Of a DNA stretch of 49,369 nt, positions 32,377-45,198 are shown piece after piece. Under the pieces are notes generated by a model. The model did no database searches and was not told the DNA's origin. It was given only the letters and a program-made list of their open reading frames with translations. The stretch is taken from contig JAAPAO010000231.1 of the NCBI GenBank assembly GCA_013115145.1, positions 1 through 49,369 on the forward strand, read 5' to 3'. The stretch comes from Perkinsus chesapeaki ATCC PRA-425 (taxonomy: Eukaryota; Protista; Perkinsozoa). The position numbers and the translations under genes were made by a program. Position 1 is the first letter of the stretch, and the number at the start of each line of letters is the position of its first letter.

Positions 32377-35265
32377 TTGTTGGAGATGTTGGCAGAGGAA
32401 AAGATATCTCCATCGAGTAGTAAAATCGCGGTTCAAGCTAAGATTTTCTCTTTATCCATGCCGAACTCCGCACCTGATTGCCGGTGTGCTGCTGATGCTG
32501 AGCTACCACAGTTGATCACGAAAAAGGCCGATGATAGTGAGGAGGAGTGCGAGTGGGATAGAAACATTGCCAAGGAGCCCGGAGGGAGAAATAGGGCAGT
32601 AAATGTGCATCAACAGGTAATAAGGGAAAGGGTGGAATTTTGTGCAGGTCCAAGAGGCTCTTGGATGGGGAGTTTGGTACTGCGAAATCCTAGTATGTGA
32701 TAAGATAATGATGATTGAATCTCAAGAAGGTTTTTTTCGTTATGTTATCTGAGCTGCGACTACAGCTTGCACAAAAATGGTGCTGGGAAAAGCGGAAAAA
32801 TTCAGATCGTCTCAGGCTAACCCTTAATTGGTTGTTTTCATACCACTCTCTCCGTTATGTAGATACAATTGAGGGGGGTCAGGTTGGGCACGCTATTACA
32901 AAATTCGATTGGCCTGTTCAAAGGTGAATCGCCGGAGGCCGCTGGTAGTAAGGGGCAAAGTGGGCTTTATGCTGATGATGGTGTTGGGCAGATGATGATG
33001 ACCCGTATAAGTTGTCGAAGGAGTGCAAGGAAGATCCTGGGCTTGATTATTTCCTGTCTCACGCATGGGTACGATGGCGAAGAGGAGAGTGCGCGATTGG
33101 GCGGGTTCATCTAAATAGTCTTGTGGACATGCGTTTCAAGGAGGGCCAAAATTCATTCTATCGCGGAGATATGATGAGAAATATCGAAGAGGCTTCAATC
33201 AAGAGGGCTCCGTGATCTCTGGTCACTTATAATGTCTCGACAGCTTGACTTACCTAGCTCCCTGGGGGAGCTAGAGAAGAGAAAGTAGATATAGGTATAG
33301 CTCTCCTAGGTAATATCACCCAAAGGCTCCAGGCTTCAGTTTCGGAACATTTCGGGTGGTCCCTGTACGGCGCAGCTTCGTCGAGCAAGGTCTGTTTCAG
33401 ACTATGTCATCGATCCCCAAGACGCTATTTTTGTTGGTCCATTTTAACCGTAAAGCTATGATAGTTTTATCGACCATTTTGGCGTTATTGGTGGGCATAG
33501 TGAAGCTGGTAATGTTTATTATGAAATATGATGGATGGATGATGTCGATGATGCCAGGCTCCATTAATGCGGGGGTGAGCTTGGATACGGTTGGAACCTC
33601 GAATGAACTAGCTAGTTCTGGGAGTAGTAGATACAGTGTATCGTATCAGTCGTTATATTACAGGGCGCGCAAGAAATTATTCGTCTTGAGCTCTTCAGCA
33701 AAACTAGGACGATTCTTTCTCGCATTTTATAAATTGGTTCGAGGGGCAGCAGCGTCTATGTTTCTGTGGATGGAAACACTTTAGCCGTACTTAATGATAT
33801 TAGTATTTACTTTTAATATTGTCATAACTTTTTACTTATTACAGTATGGTTAATGATATAGATAAACTCAACAGCAGCAAGAAGGGCTTTCCTTCGCTCT
33901 ATACCACATGATGATAAGACTCGTCCTGATCGAATTGTTATGAGAGCATGGTCTTTTTACGCAATCTCTACTAGATGCTCCTACACAGGCGCACGCCTTG
34001 TCTGTCCATGCCGAGCAGTTATCAGATATCTTTACATGTTATCTCTCAGATCGTTGGATACTTCCTTGGTCTGTTCTTTGGCCATTGGATCCTACCAACT
34101 CGAAAGAAGACAATATTTGTTGATAAGGCATGTATCAGACAGTGTCGTGCCCGGCACGATATGGAATATGATAAGGAGCTATTGGAGAAGGATAATCCTG
34201 AAGAGACTCATATTATGCCGGCAATGCGACAAAGGACACTCTCATCGGGCAGCAAGATCATGTCTGATCCGACGGACTGTCCGGCATGTTTGGAGATGAA
34301 AGCGGGAATTGACAGAATAGGTGGGTTAGTGGGATTCATTTGATGGGATGCTTTATACTTTGGGGAACTGTATGTATAAATCTCATCAGTGTGATGATCG
34401 GTAGTATGAGTCTCCCAATACAGTAACGGTGCATGGGGCTGTCTCCAGGCATTGGCTTTCATTATATCGAAGCGCGAATCAGAAGAAACGATAATACCAT
34501 ATTCGACTTGTAGTTGGTTCCCTATCAGAGTTATTTGATTGTCTCTCCCCTCGAATACCCCAACTTGTCCCTGTATATTAATACTCTTTCTTTAGGTGAC
34601 TATCTAGAGCATTCATCCACTCTCTTGGTGGTGCTGCATTGTGATTATTTTACCCGACTTTGGTGTGTATATGAGTTCGCGTGCTTCCTTCGACGCCACA
34701 AGCCTAAAGACATTCACATAATATCGCCACAAGGGGTTGCTTTATGTCTCATTGGTCCCGTCCTTATTATTACCTTGAAGGTTCTAAAAGGGAGCCTTCT
34801 CGAATCGGTAATATGCAACAGCTGGGAGAATTTTTCCCAACTTTTCCTTTTTTCATTACAATTTTTCCGGCATTACTCCCTCAACGTGCTTTGAGAAAGT
34901 CACCGATTTTTTGGCAAAAGTTCGGCACAATTTTCCCAAGTTCACACGCGAATTTTGGATTGGAAAAAGTGTGAAATTTTCGGGAATATTTTACCCTTTC
35001 AGCCCCACGAGTACATTGTATCATTCTTAACTGGCCTCGTATGGTTGCTAATCGATATGATAGCTGTTTGTGAGCTGTCAGATTATACGTCCAAGACACT
35101 TAGTGAAAATATTGGGGTAATAATGCAGGGTGCGGGGATCGAACTCGCGCCTTCTTACTGTTGAAGCAGGTACCTCTGCGGTCCTTTAAAATAGCGGAGA
35201 CGCATTGTGCATTTGAAAGTGATAGGGATTTGATATATGACAATATCGGTCAGGACTATGGCCGG
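32377..35265 (+). CDS. Multi-exon membrane protein with split HET-like motifs
   Basis: Exons DYFLSHAW, hydrophobic segments (IVLSTILALLVGIVKL), IFVDKACIRQ, STLLVVLHCDYFTRLWCVYEFACFL, and THCAFESDRDLIYDNIG. The start is approximate. Confidence 0.75.
35117..35169 (-). other. 53-nt intron that is an antisense tRNA-like 3' fragment
   Basis: GTAATAATGCAGGGTGCGGGGATCGAACTCGCGCCTTCTTACTGTTGAAGCAG. Reverse complement reads AAGGCGCGAGTTCGATCCCCGCACCCTGCATTATT. Exons join in frame (SENIG|VPLRSF). Confidence 0.8.
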
Positions 35266-35379
35266 GTAAGCAAATACGGAAGATGGCCGTAGTCGCCATC
35301 TTTCGGTAAATATCAATTTACACTACTAGTTGTTATACTTGTCGATGAAGGCAATGAGAATGGGAAAACTAAAGTAGTT

Positions 35380-37020
35380 GTGCTCTGTAGCTCGGGTTGT
35401 TGCCTTGGCTTATACACTCATTAGTCATAGGCTTGTTCATAATACCACTCTCAACAGGTTTATTGCATACAAACTCGTTACTAGATCCATCAAAATATTT
35501 AAACCAGGGAGTCTACAAAGGCTTCTTCTTAGATTACCCTCGCAGAGGGAATTAGGTATGCGCGCATGTACAAGGGCGCGGTCGGCGGCGGCCTTTTACA
35601 GATTTACTGTGCGTGCGATTTTGCTTGGTTTACTTTGTTTGTTCAACTTGTCGATCACTTTGCTCGAGGTAATCGGGAACAATATGCGCTCTTGGGATGT
35701 CATTAATACACCCCTTTTATATAACATCATTCTTCCCGAACGTGATGTCCACCGAGAACTTTATTTTTTCCGCAGTAGCAGTCGCTACTTAACATTTTCC
35801 TCCATAACTCGTGCTCACGAGCGTAATGTGTGAAATTGTAGAAGACCAGCTGTTTTTGCGAGGGAGTTTTCTGAGTAGTTATCCACCTTCAGATTAGCTT
35901 ATTTGAAAGCTTCATCCAGCAGCGTGTTAGCCAGTCCCTGATCGACGCCCATTTGCGCGTTCCCTGCCTTACTTGCATCGCCATGGCTATCCCCATCTTC
36001 TGGGCATCGACGGAAAGAACGGTGCAATGGGTCACAACAATGAGTGAGGTGGGTGTAAAAAGCGCGCGCCCTGGTGATCGATTTGCGGATTGGCTTCAGA
36101 TCAGTCATCCTGGGGCATTGATTGCAGCTGAGATGGTGATGGTAATTATATATATCAGTGTAACGTATCCAATAGCGGTGAGCATTATGATACGAGTTCG
36201 CCGGTGTCTCAAGTCTAAAATACTTCTCGCTCTTACCTTGACGTTGGGAGCATGTGTTGCCCAGGTAAGTGTTCGGTGGTATCTGATAGCGCTACTCCGT
36301 GGGGAGTTCACTGCTAAACTTGGTGGCGGCAGTTGCTGTTGGTTCCGACGAGCACACAATTATTCGTAAAATACTGACGCATCTTTTGGGGGCGCGAAAA
36401 GCACGGATCGAGCTTTGTGGGTGAATAGGAGTTTTCCTGTTTTTTCGTGGTAGGGAATATAGAATCATTGCAAGTGAAGCGGTGCAGCAAAGTTGTTGTA
36501 ACTTTGGCGAGACTGGCTTGGTGTTATTATAGGGGCATGATTTCGCCTTGTTGGAGCAGAAGCAAAATTCTCGTGAAGTCTTGCGATTTCAAGGAATGTA
36601 TTTTCACGATGAAGTCCATGATATGGATTTTCTACCGCAGAGTGTTCCTGTTTTTAGGTATTTGTGCGTAAGTGTGGTGAGAGTGGTCCTCAATGGTTCA
36701 CTTTAGTGATGGCTGTCACATTACTTCATGCCTTCACAGTTGCCTGGTTGCACCGCAATTTGTGGCCGGCTGGTATGCCCTCCCCGATAGATAAGTGTGC
36801 CCCCACGGTTCATTGAAGTCTACTACCTCGTCCTGCTTTTTTTTCTTGGCCTTACCGAGGAACTCAGCTCTGTTGTTCCGTTAGTCCCTCGCATTGGGCT
36901 GCTCCCATGTATTATTTCCTGGTTCCTCTCGAAGGCATCGTGTCACGTCTCTTGTTCTGAAGTCTGGTCGCTTCAAGGCGGGCATTGGAATTTTTGTGTT
37001 AGCATGGATAAGTGTTGAGT
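35380..37020 (+). CDS. Hydrophobic multi-exon coding region, possibly the continuation of the upstream membrane protein
   Basis: Several TM-like exons (RAILLGLLCLFNLSITLLE, VIIYISVTYPIAVSIM, ILLALTLTLGACVAQ) bounded by GT/AG. No start or stop could be fixed. Confidence 0.4.
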
Positions 37021-37269
37021 GAAGTTAATTCAAAAGGTTCATCATTCAACGTCCGTGCGACCTCGGTGTAGTTTCGTAGAGATTGGACTTCGCGATTGAG
37101 GACCATTCGAATGCTCGTAGAGGATCGATACTTCTCTTTTGACTGGTAGCGCCACATGTCGGACTTTCTATTAATCGATATATTAGTATTTACGATAGTA
37201 AATGCATATAAATATAATATTTACGATTTTTATAGGATTGAAGACATAACTTACCCTTTCTTTCCGAAC

Positions 37270-39795
37270 TTCCTGACCTATTTCAGCACGCTTCTCGGTA
37301 ATCAATAAGATGTCTCCGGGATTGATCTAGGATCTACCCGCAGAACACTCCTACCGAGTACGTTGTCGGTTACAACTTTGCAACGCAACTCGGCGCGCTA
37401 GGTTGGATTCTACAGGATAATTGGATCCTATTTTTAAATCTCGATTCCCTGGGCATTATCGTGATCTAGGTTTCCACTTAACTGCATATTATGGCGCCTC
37501 AGCTAAGTCCCCGGCGATCTCTGAAAGTATGTGTATTGGTGATGAAATCCCCGGGCAAATTTGCTGCGTCTTGAAAGTTTCAAGTTTCAAGTTGAAACTG
37601 TCTTTTCAGAATTATCTTTAATGTTCCCTCCTTTATTAACCCAATTGCCTGTAGAATTGCCTTTAATTTTCCCTCCTTTATTAACCCAATTGCCTTTAGA
37701 ATTGCCTTTAATGTTCCCTTCTTTATTAACCCAATTGCCTTTAGAATTGCCTTTAATGTTCCCTCCTTCATTAACCCAATTGCCTTTAGAATTGCCTTTA
37801 ATGTTCCCTTCTTTATTAACCCAATTGCCTTTAGAATTGCTTTTAATTTTCCCTCCTTTATTAACCCAATTGCCTTTAGAATTGCCTTTAATGTTCCCTC
37901 CTTTATTAACCCAATTGCCTTTAGAATTACCTTTAATGTTCCCTCCTTCATTAACCCAATGTGTTGGTCTTTGGTCCGTGGATGATGTTCAGACATGGCT
38001 CGAGTTCATAAATTTAAAACAGGAATATGGCCCAGCATTGAAGGCAGCTAAGGTGAGCTTATATCAATTTAATTTCTAAATTCCCGATCGTTTTGACTGC
38101 ATCCCAAAATGATTCAGTATTATGGGTCGACCCATCGCTCGAGCAACCGTCTCGAGTTTTCCTTGGCTTTCTCGATGAGCAGCATTTTCAACAATCGGTC
38201 CATTCTGGCTTCATAGCGATTTCTCGGTCACATGCTTGGTGATACAACTGTTCAGGTAGACGGAGCGAAGCTCGTTAGATTGACCGCTGATGTCGACGGC
38301 AATGTGTTTGGGTTGTCAACGGTTAATAGTGGCATGAGAGGGCTGCTTGAGCAAGCATTACGTCCTCTTCTCGAGGTAGGTGCAGTTTTCTAGGATCTCA
38401 CGTGAGTTCCCAGTTCAGCGTTTGCGAGTCATGAATAATAGATAGATTCTCAGCATTTGCTATACTATATATCTAAAGGATAATATATTCTTCACCCTAA
38501 ATAAATATAAGTAAAGGGCAGTGCAACTTCCTCTAATGTGAATTTACAGTTCAAGTATCGCAACAACTCGACGCAATAAAATAGAAAGATTCCTACTTCA
38601 TCAGTTCTCCGTTGATAGGTGTGGCTACACCACTCCGTTTTGGTGCCTCTAAAATTTCCATTGCAAGGAAGTAGTCGGAAAGTCCAAACGTCATAAAATC
38701 GAAGTGGTAAACGCTACACCAATGAATGGCTTTATCGGATACTGTTATTAGTTTTCTCGCTCCAACTCCCGTGATACTAAGGTTTAGCAATTGCTAATTT
38801 CGCGGTGATGGTCCAAAGGGTTCGTAGTAGGAATGCATCTGCTGTTTCACGTGGTTTTCTTACAGAATCTTTTACTGTATCTTTCTTTGAGTGAACCCTC
38901 GAGGGGCCATCGTGACCCTTCATACGAAGCCGTGTCAGGCTCACCATGAGAGTCGGGCATTCCCTCGGTCGCTGGCGTCGAAAGGAATATGTGACTGGGG
39001 AATAGAAGAAGTTCAAGAATGGCTGCAGCATTTAGGGCTCGGTGACAAATACGGCCCACCGCTCAGGGCTGCTGAGGTGTTCATCGCCGCTCACATGGAT
39101 TTACTGTGCCGGCCTTTGAGAGGCGGGTTAAACTTAATATCGGAATGCTTGATCATTTTGGACTATCCACCTTGCCTTCAAGCTAGCTGCTTCGCTATAT
39201 CACACTTGAGCTCTTCGCAAGATTTTTGACACGGCTGCTATCTTCTTCAGTATCTTAATTGGTTTGATCTTCTTACCACTTATCGGTGACATCGGCAAGT
39301 ACCTTATTTCTATGTCATATAACCAATATTATCAACTCTATATTATTGATATCACCACGACGTTAGAGTTGCTCCCTTTTATTTCTCTGCAGCACCACCA
39401 CCTCAGTCGGGAAAGGCCCCAGCACCTCCCGACCAGCTGCTTCCAGTCTTTGTCCTAACCGAGTTAATAGCTCTCAGCTGCTTCTTCACTTGACCGTTGT
39501 ACTGATACGATTGTGTAGAACGGCCGATATAACCGCCTAATAGCATTATGAAAAAGTAACTCTAATGCCTGCTCGTTCATAACGAATTTCTTATTGACAT
39601 TTTAATACCAACACTAATGATGATGACACCGCCTTTTTCGCTCAGGTGAAGGGTCTGGAATTGCTTTACATTATGTCGGGCATTCCGGAGAGCCCATTCA
39701 GAGAGAGAGGGGTTGGTCTGGAGACATTGGCGAAAGTTGAACAAGCGCTGAGGAAGAAGGTGACCTTGGAAGATGCAACGGTTTCATTTTTGTAA
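37270..39795 (+). CDS. Multi-exon protein with two SAM (sterile alpha motif) domains
   Basis: WSVDDVQTWLEFINLKQEYGPALKAAK|VDGAKLVRLT and WGIEEVQEWLQHLGLGDKYGPPLRAAE|VKGLELL. The 5' end is uncertain. Confidence 0.75.
37621..37960 (+). repeat. 45-bp tandem repeat, about 7.5 copies, in frame with the SAM exon
   Basis: Unit ATGTTCCCTCCTTTATTAACCCAATTGCCTTTAGAATTGCCTTTA encodes MFPPLLTQLPLELPL. Confidence 0.97.
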
Positions 39796-40339
39796 ATTTC
39801 TTCATGGGATTTTCCCGCTTCGCTCTTGCCAATGTAAACACTCTAGTGTTCGGCAAATATGATACAAATGTTGAACTATGAGTTTTTCCATTCTATCTAG
39901 ACTATAGCCATCTTTCCGTTCTATTAAATAGCCTTCGACTCCCGCATCATTAGGTTGAATCCATTGAACGTAGCCAGGCCGGTGATCACCAGCATCACGG
40001 GGGGGATGTCAGTGTGAGTAGATTGATACTAGGGCAGCTGGAGAACGGTGCTGTCAGTGGGGAGGGTAAGTCGACGTTGCAAGAATGATGCTCTTCTGGG
40101 TTTTCCGGAGGAAATCGCTAATCGACTTTTTGAGCGGGGATAACGTTTGATTGATTATGGAAACCTCGGCTGTTCTCTGGGTAGAGGACTGCCGTGAAAA
40201 AATGACCTGAATTATTCACGTATATTACACCTCTTTAACGGAAGCTATATGGGATTCTCAGACTAAGAACCTTAGTGATGTCCCCGCTTCACTCTCACTG
40301 TGTTGTATCATCAAGTACCAAAGAGTATCATTATTCATC

Positions 40340-43300
40340 TGTCAGTTACATTCGACCAGCTTCGCCTTAGTGACACATTTGATTTCCGCAATGGTCGTTT
40401 GAGGTGTGGTCGCAGTCGCACAGGCAACGATGTGGTAGTCTTCGACAGTAAGTGTCGAACGCTGGTTGCATTGCGATCTTGGCTGCAGCTACGATGAGCC
40501 GCCATCATTTCGAAGTACATGTGGAAGGACCTGACTCGGAATCCGCCACGGTAGCTCAGCGACTCTTCAGGGGTCTACTGCCTGCTAATCTTTCACTGCA
40601 GTGTGCGCAGCTCCATTACCGCGCGCCCCAGTGTGTTGTTTATTCTACCAACGATTTTTTCGGGTTAATTTGTGATATATCATATCTCCTCGTCAATACG
40701 TCCCAACGCAAAATTTAGGCGCTCATCACCCGAGGAAGTGTAATGCTTAGATACGTGACATAAATAGTTCTACTGGTACTTTCGTAATGGTGCCTTACGC
40801 CAGGGTTGAGGCGGAGGACATCGACGACTTTCAATGTGAACTGCCGGCTCGACTCAGGCTCGGATGGAGTAAGTGCGGATGGAGTGATCTTACCCAAGCG
40901 CATCGTTGCAGTCGATTGCTACATGTAACTTAGGAATCGAAACACATTGGCCACCGAACTAACTAATCTAAAGTTGTTGAGTATTTTACGCCGTCTATCC
41001 GTCTACTAATGGAAAGTTAGTCGATTCTGTCGAAACCGGTCTTATCTTGTAGCACTGAGCGGGGCCTGTTGCTATCTTATAATATTTCGATTAACTATGT
41101 AATTACCATCCTAGTGACTGTCACGTTATATGATTGTCATTATTATGGTTTATTACATCTCTCAACTATATTGTATGTGATTGACTTACATATCTTGACG
41201 CTAAGAACTCTCGGCTGAGTTGGAGAGCAAATGTGCGTTTTAATCTCGGCAACAGAAAGCCTGAAAGTCTCATGGGAAGCTCAAAAAATTCATTTGACCA
41301 TGATGGAAATTAAACTTACAGTTCTTTAGTTAAACATGCAGCTCGTTTCCTGAATATCATCAGCCTCGTATGGTGCAGTAGTACTGAGGAAGGATGTTGC
41401 ACGGCGGTACACTTGGGGGCAGTCGTGGCGATACGGTTTAGTGCTATTCACGTTTTACGTTCAGGAACGGACGTCCACATTTCGACAAGGGAAAGTGAGG
41501 AGGGTGATGTGGAGATATACGTTGAAGTCGAAGTTGGATTCGGAGAAGATACTGGGCGAGGTTGGTTTGGCTAGTGTGCTGGCCCTACTAAAAGCTAGCA
41601 GTTGTGGGGAGTTTATACTAGCTCTATATGAAATATAATATCTCCTATCGATTGCCTTATTATCTCCATTATTAATAAGTATCTGATAGTTAGTGGCAAT
41701 GGAGTCTCCCAAAGCTAATTTCCGGTCGGCCAACGGCCCGCGGTAGGATTGAGTGGTGATATGCTTGGTTAAGATCTTTGGATGACCTGCTGTCTTCCCC
41801 AAGAGACACCTTAAAGGCATCCTCAGGCTCCCTACGGCTTACGGGTTCCATTAGTATTTGTCATTCAGTATTTGGACCATATCATTGCGACCAAGACGAG
41901 GACAGTGTGTCACTGATAGTTGGTAGAGATCCTGAACGGTGTTCGGTGGTGCTCATGGATCCGCAAGTTAGCAGTGTGCACTGTAAGCGGAGGAATTCGG
42001 GACTTGCTGCTGCTGTTGTATTTCACAATGTGACCACTGCGATGTCTTAGTTATTGGGCATTCATTTCTAGACTAGAAATGAATGGCCTGCTAAGGCGCC
42101 CAGTGCGCCTAACACTAGAAATTCTAGTGTTAGTGCTGGGTAGAGGAAACTTTATTATTTAGTGCAAGAAAAGTTTCTGGTTTAGTGAAGCCGTGACAGC
42201 TGGAAGGCATCTGATGATTTATTCCTTGCTGGGGTATCTGCTGCTGGGTGCCTCGGAAATTGCTCATCAAATTGCCATAGAACCTGTACTGTCTAGTAGT
42301 GACAGGTTGAAAGCTGACTAGGCTGCTGGGTTGCGCAGAATCCCTCAATGACCTCTCTTCGTCGGCGACTGGCGCGGGCGTATATTTTAACACTGAGGCG
42401 ATTCTGCCGGAAAACTACATATCTTGTATTGTGAATCAGGTGAAATTGTATGGTACCCATCTGATGAGGGGCTCATACGGATCAGGGACTTCTCAAGCAC
42501 TAATAGTAAGTACCTTAGAGGTTGAGTTATGTAGAGTTATCAGTAGGGACATGGCACAGAGTGAGGCCCTGGCCGAGTGATGGGCAGTTTATACCCTATA
42601 CAGTATATGTTGGTGATGTTATCAAGGTAAGGCTATATTTGAGGTACATCTGGCGATGATAGTGTCTTCTCCACAATGCGACGATTTAGCGGAAGCCTCG
42701 CTGTGTGTGACTAGGAAAAGGAGGGCCTTCAAATACAAACATCTATGGTTACTCTGTGACTTTTTGGTCGACAAAGATTTGCCTTCTCTGGCATCTACAA
42801 TGTGTTATGGATTACAGTGCTGAGCGTCCCGAGAGTGATCAAGAGGAGCTCATCTCAGTTCCGCTAGTCTTGGTTTAGATCACTTCAAGTCTTTTGCCCG
42901 CCTATATGCAGACGTCAACGCGTGTAGGATAGAAAGATGTCTATATTTTCGCTACTACTTACTAAGACGGTGACTCTGCCGTCAGCTAGTAGTCTCCTCA
43001 GCATTCAGATGTATTATCAATTATTCATTTCTAACCGTGGTAATCTCGCGGTTTCTAATATTCACTTTATCTGTCTTCCTGACTCTCATTTTGGCTATTG
43101 TATTTCACGTGCACGAGATGCCGCACGCCGAAAAGTGAGCATCCCCTCGTTCAGGCAGGAGAAGTCGCGTTCGTACTGTTCGACCGCCTTGCATGGTCGG
43201 ACGTTCCAGCAGGCATAGATGACCGCTCAGATGGCGATGCTAGTGGCGCTAGTTCTGTGGTGATTTCTCAAGATTTGCAAGATTTGTGACTTATGTCGAT

Positions 43301-45016
43301 GATGCAGGTGTTAGTGCCTACTCATCAAGACCTACCCCGGAGCCTGCCCCGGAGGACTCGGCACAGTCCTCGTCGGGGAAGTAGGAGGGCACCGATTCCG
43401 ACTAGAAGTGGCCGAGATGGCGGTCCGAGGACTGGAGAGTATCAACCGACGGGGAGATCGGCTGAGACGGAAGCCGAAGAAGAAGGGAGAATAGTAAGTA
43501 GCTGTTGAAGAAGTTGAGGTATTTGGCTTCAGTATGAAGAGGACGATGGATATGGAGGGGCTCCGCGGGCGTTGACGCCGGGGGAGATATTTCATGCGCG
43601 GCTCAGAATGTTGTCATCGCAGCGGGAAGCACATCAACAACAATCGGTGAGCGATATCGTGCTGAATACACTACCCTTTTAGTTGTTCAGCTAATTTAAT
43701 TATATGACAACTTTTCACCGTCGAAACCACGCTTTTGATCGGGAGCAAATTCTCAAATTGGTCGATTTTTGGAGGGGCCTTTTAGTGTGCGGCTGGAGCG
43801 AGAAATGTGATTTTATAACTGGTCTTTTGGTCAGATTCCCGTGCCTAGTGCCCCGTCAAGAGGAAGTCACTTCGGAGTTACCGTAAGTTGTTCATAGTAA
43901 CATCTTCTGGTATCGCCAGCAGGAATACTAAATTTATGTTCCTGCTTGGAACACATTTCAACCGGAAAAGCCTACTTGACTTCAGCCACTCAGACTAGCC
44001 TCACAGAAATGTTTTCCGCCTCGGTTCGTAAATGAATGTTAGTCTCTGAATTGTTAGTAATGTCGAGATATGATTGAAAATCTGTTCTTAGAGGGAAAGT
44101 AAACTTCAAAAGTCAATGCTACTTTTGGTAACAACTTGTGTAATACAGTAACCCTTCGTTTCAATCTGCACCAAAACATCTCTGAGCATTCCATAATTTT
44201 TGCTGCATAACCCATACAAATCCAGTGGATACACCAGCTGGACCTTCGAAGATCGTCGTTGTGATACTCTCCCGATGAGATGTCTCCCGTATATCCCCGA
44301 TGATCCGCGGTCCTCTGTGTACTTAAGAATAGAACACAAATCGCTTCGCTTCGTTCAGAGTGGATTTTTGTCGGAGTTGGGTCACGAGCATCATCGGTCG
44401 CCATCACTCCATGGCGCCGGTGAATCAAGTAGCGCGTCCGCCGTTGAGAATGGCCACCAGGGCAATTGTCAAGTGAAGGATGAAGATGCCTGTAAAGTTT
44501 GCTATGAAAGAGCGATAGATACAGTAAGTAACCGTTTCGTGGTTAAGGTTTTCGACCGTTTCGTTCCAAGCTTGCCTTAGCGAGTTCTAACCGGGACATT
44601 TCGGACTCTACCGTCTTATGTGGGTCCCTAATTACCAGACTTGCCAGACAAGTTTTCGCGATGACCACGGCATGGGTTTTCCAAAAATGAGCTTTATTTG
44701 GAATACTGTATATCGGAAAATCTAAAGAAGTTTTCATGTATTCGATGATGTACCCTTATACGATATCACAGTTGCGTACCTCCATATACTTTCTCGGGCC
44801 CAACGAATTGGTTGTAATATGAGCTACAGTGCTAAGTTCCCACCAGTTTGTTAGGTTCTGGTCCCATGTGGCCACTTTGTCGTGTGCAGCGCATGTGTGT
44901 TAAGGCTCGACGATACCGACAAACAGTGCCCGATATGTCGAACTACTTATCAATTAGCACAGAGGATATTCAAGTCAGCGCTGGGGGCGGACACAGCGGG
45001 GATCAGTTTCCGTTAG
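40340..45016 (+). CDS. Multi-exon FHA-FHA ... C3HC4 RING E3 ubiquitin ligase
   Basis: FHA-like RLRCGRSRTGNDVVVFD|TMSRHHF and LIVGRDPERCSVVLMDPQVSSVHC. RING CKVCYERAIDT|VLVPCGHFVVCSACVL...CPICRT. Further 5' exons are likely, and the single-gene assignment is inferred. Confidence 0.7.
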
Positions 45017-45198
45017 GTCCTAATTGTGATTCATCATCAAGTCAAATCTCCAATGCAGCCACTAATTCCCTCATGTCAAAATTGCCTCTTCTCACAGTAG
45101 CAGCGGCTTTTGTTCGGTTGAACACCCAGCGACTTGGGAACCAACGGGGGAATCTACCGCCTTCTACTTTGGTGTCGTGGCAGCAAATCTGTTCAGTC

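Noticed and set aside
37580-37996. Minus-strand 138-aa ORF of IGLIKEGTLKAILKA repeats
   Set aside because: It is open only because the repeat unit lacks stops. The plus frame connects to the SAM domain.
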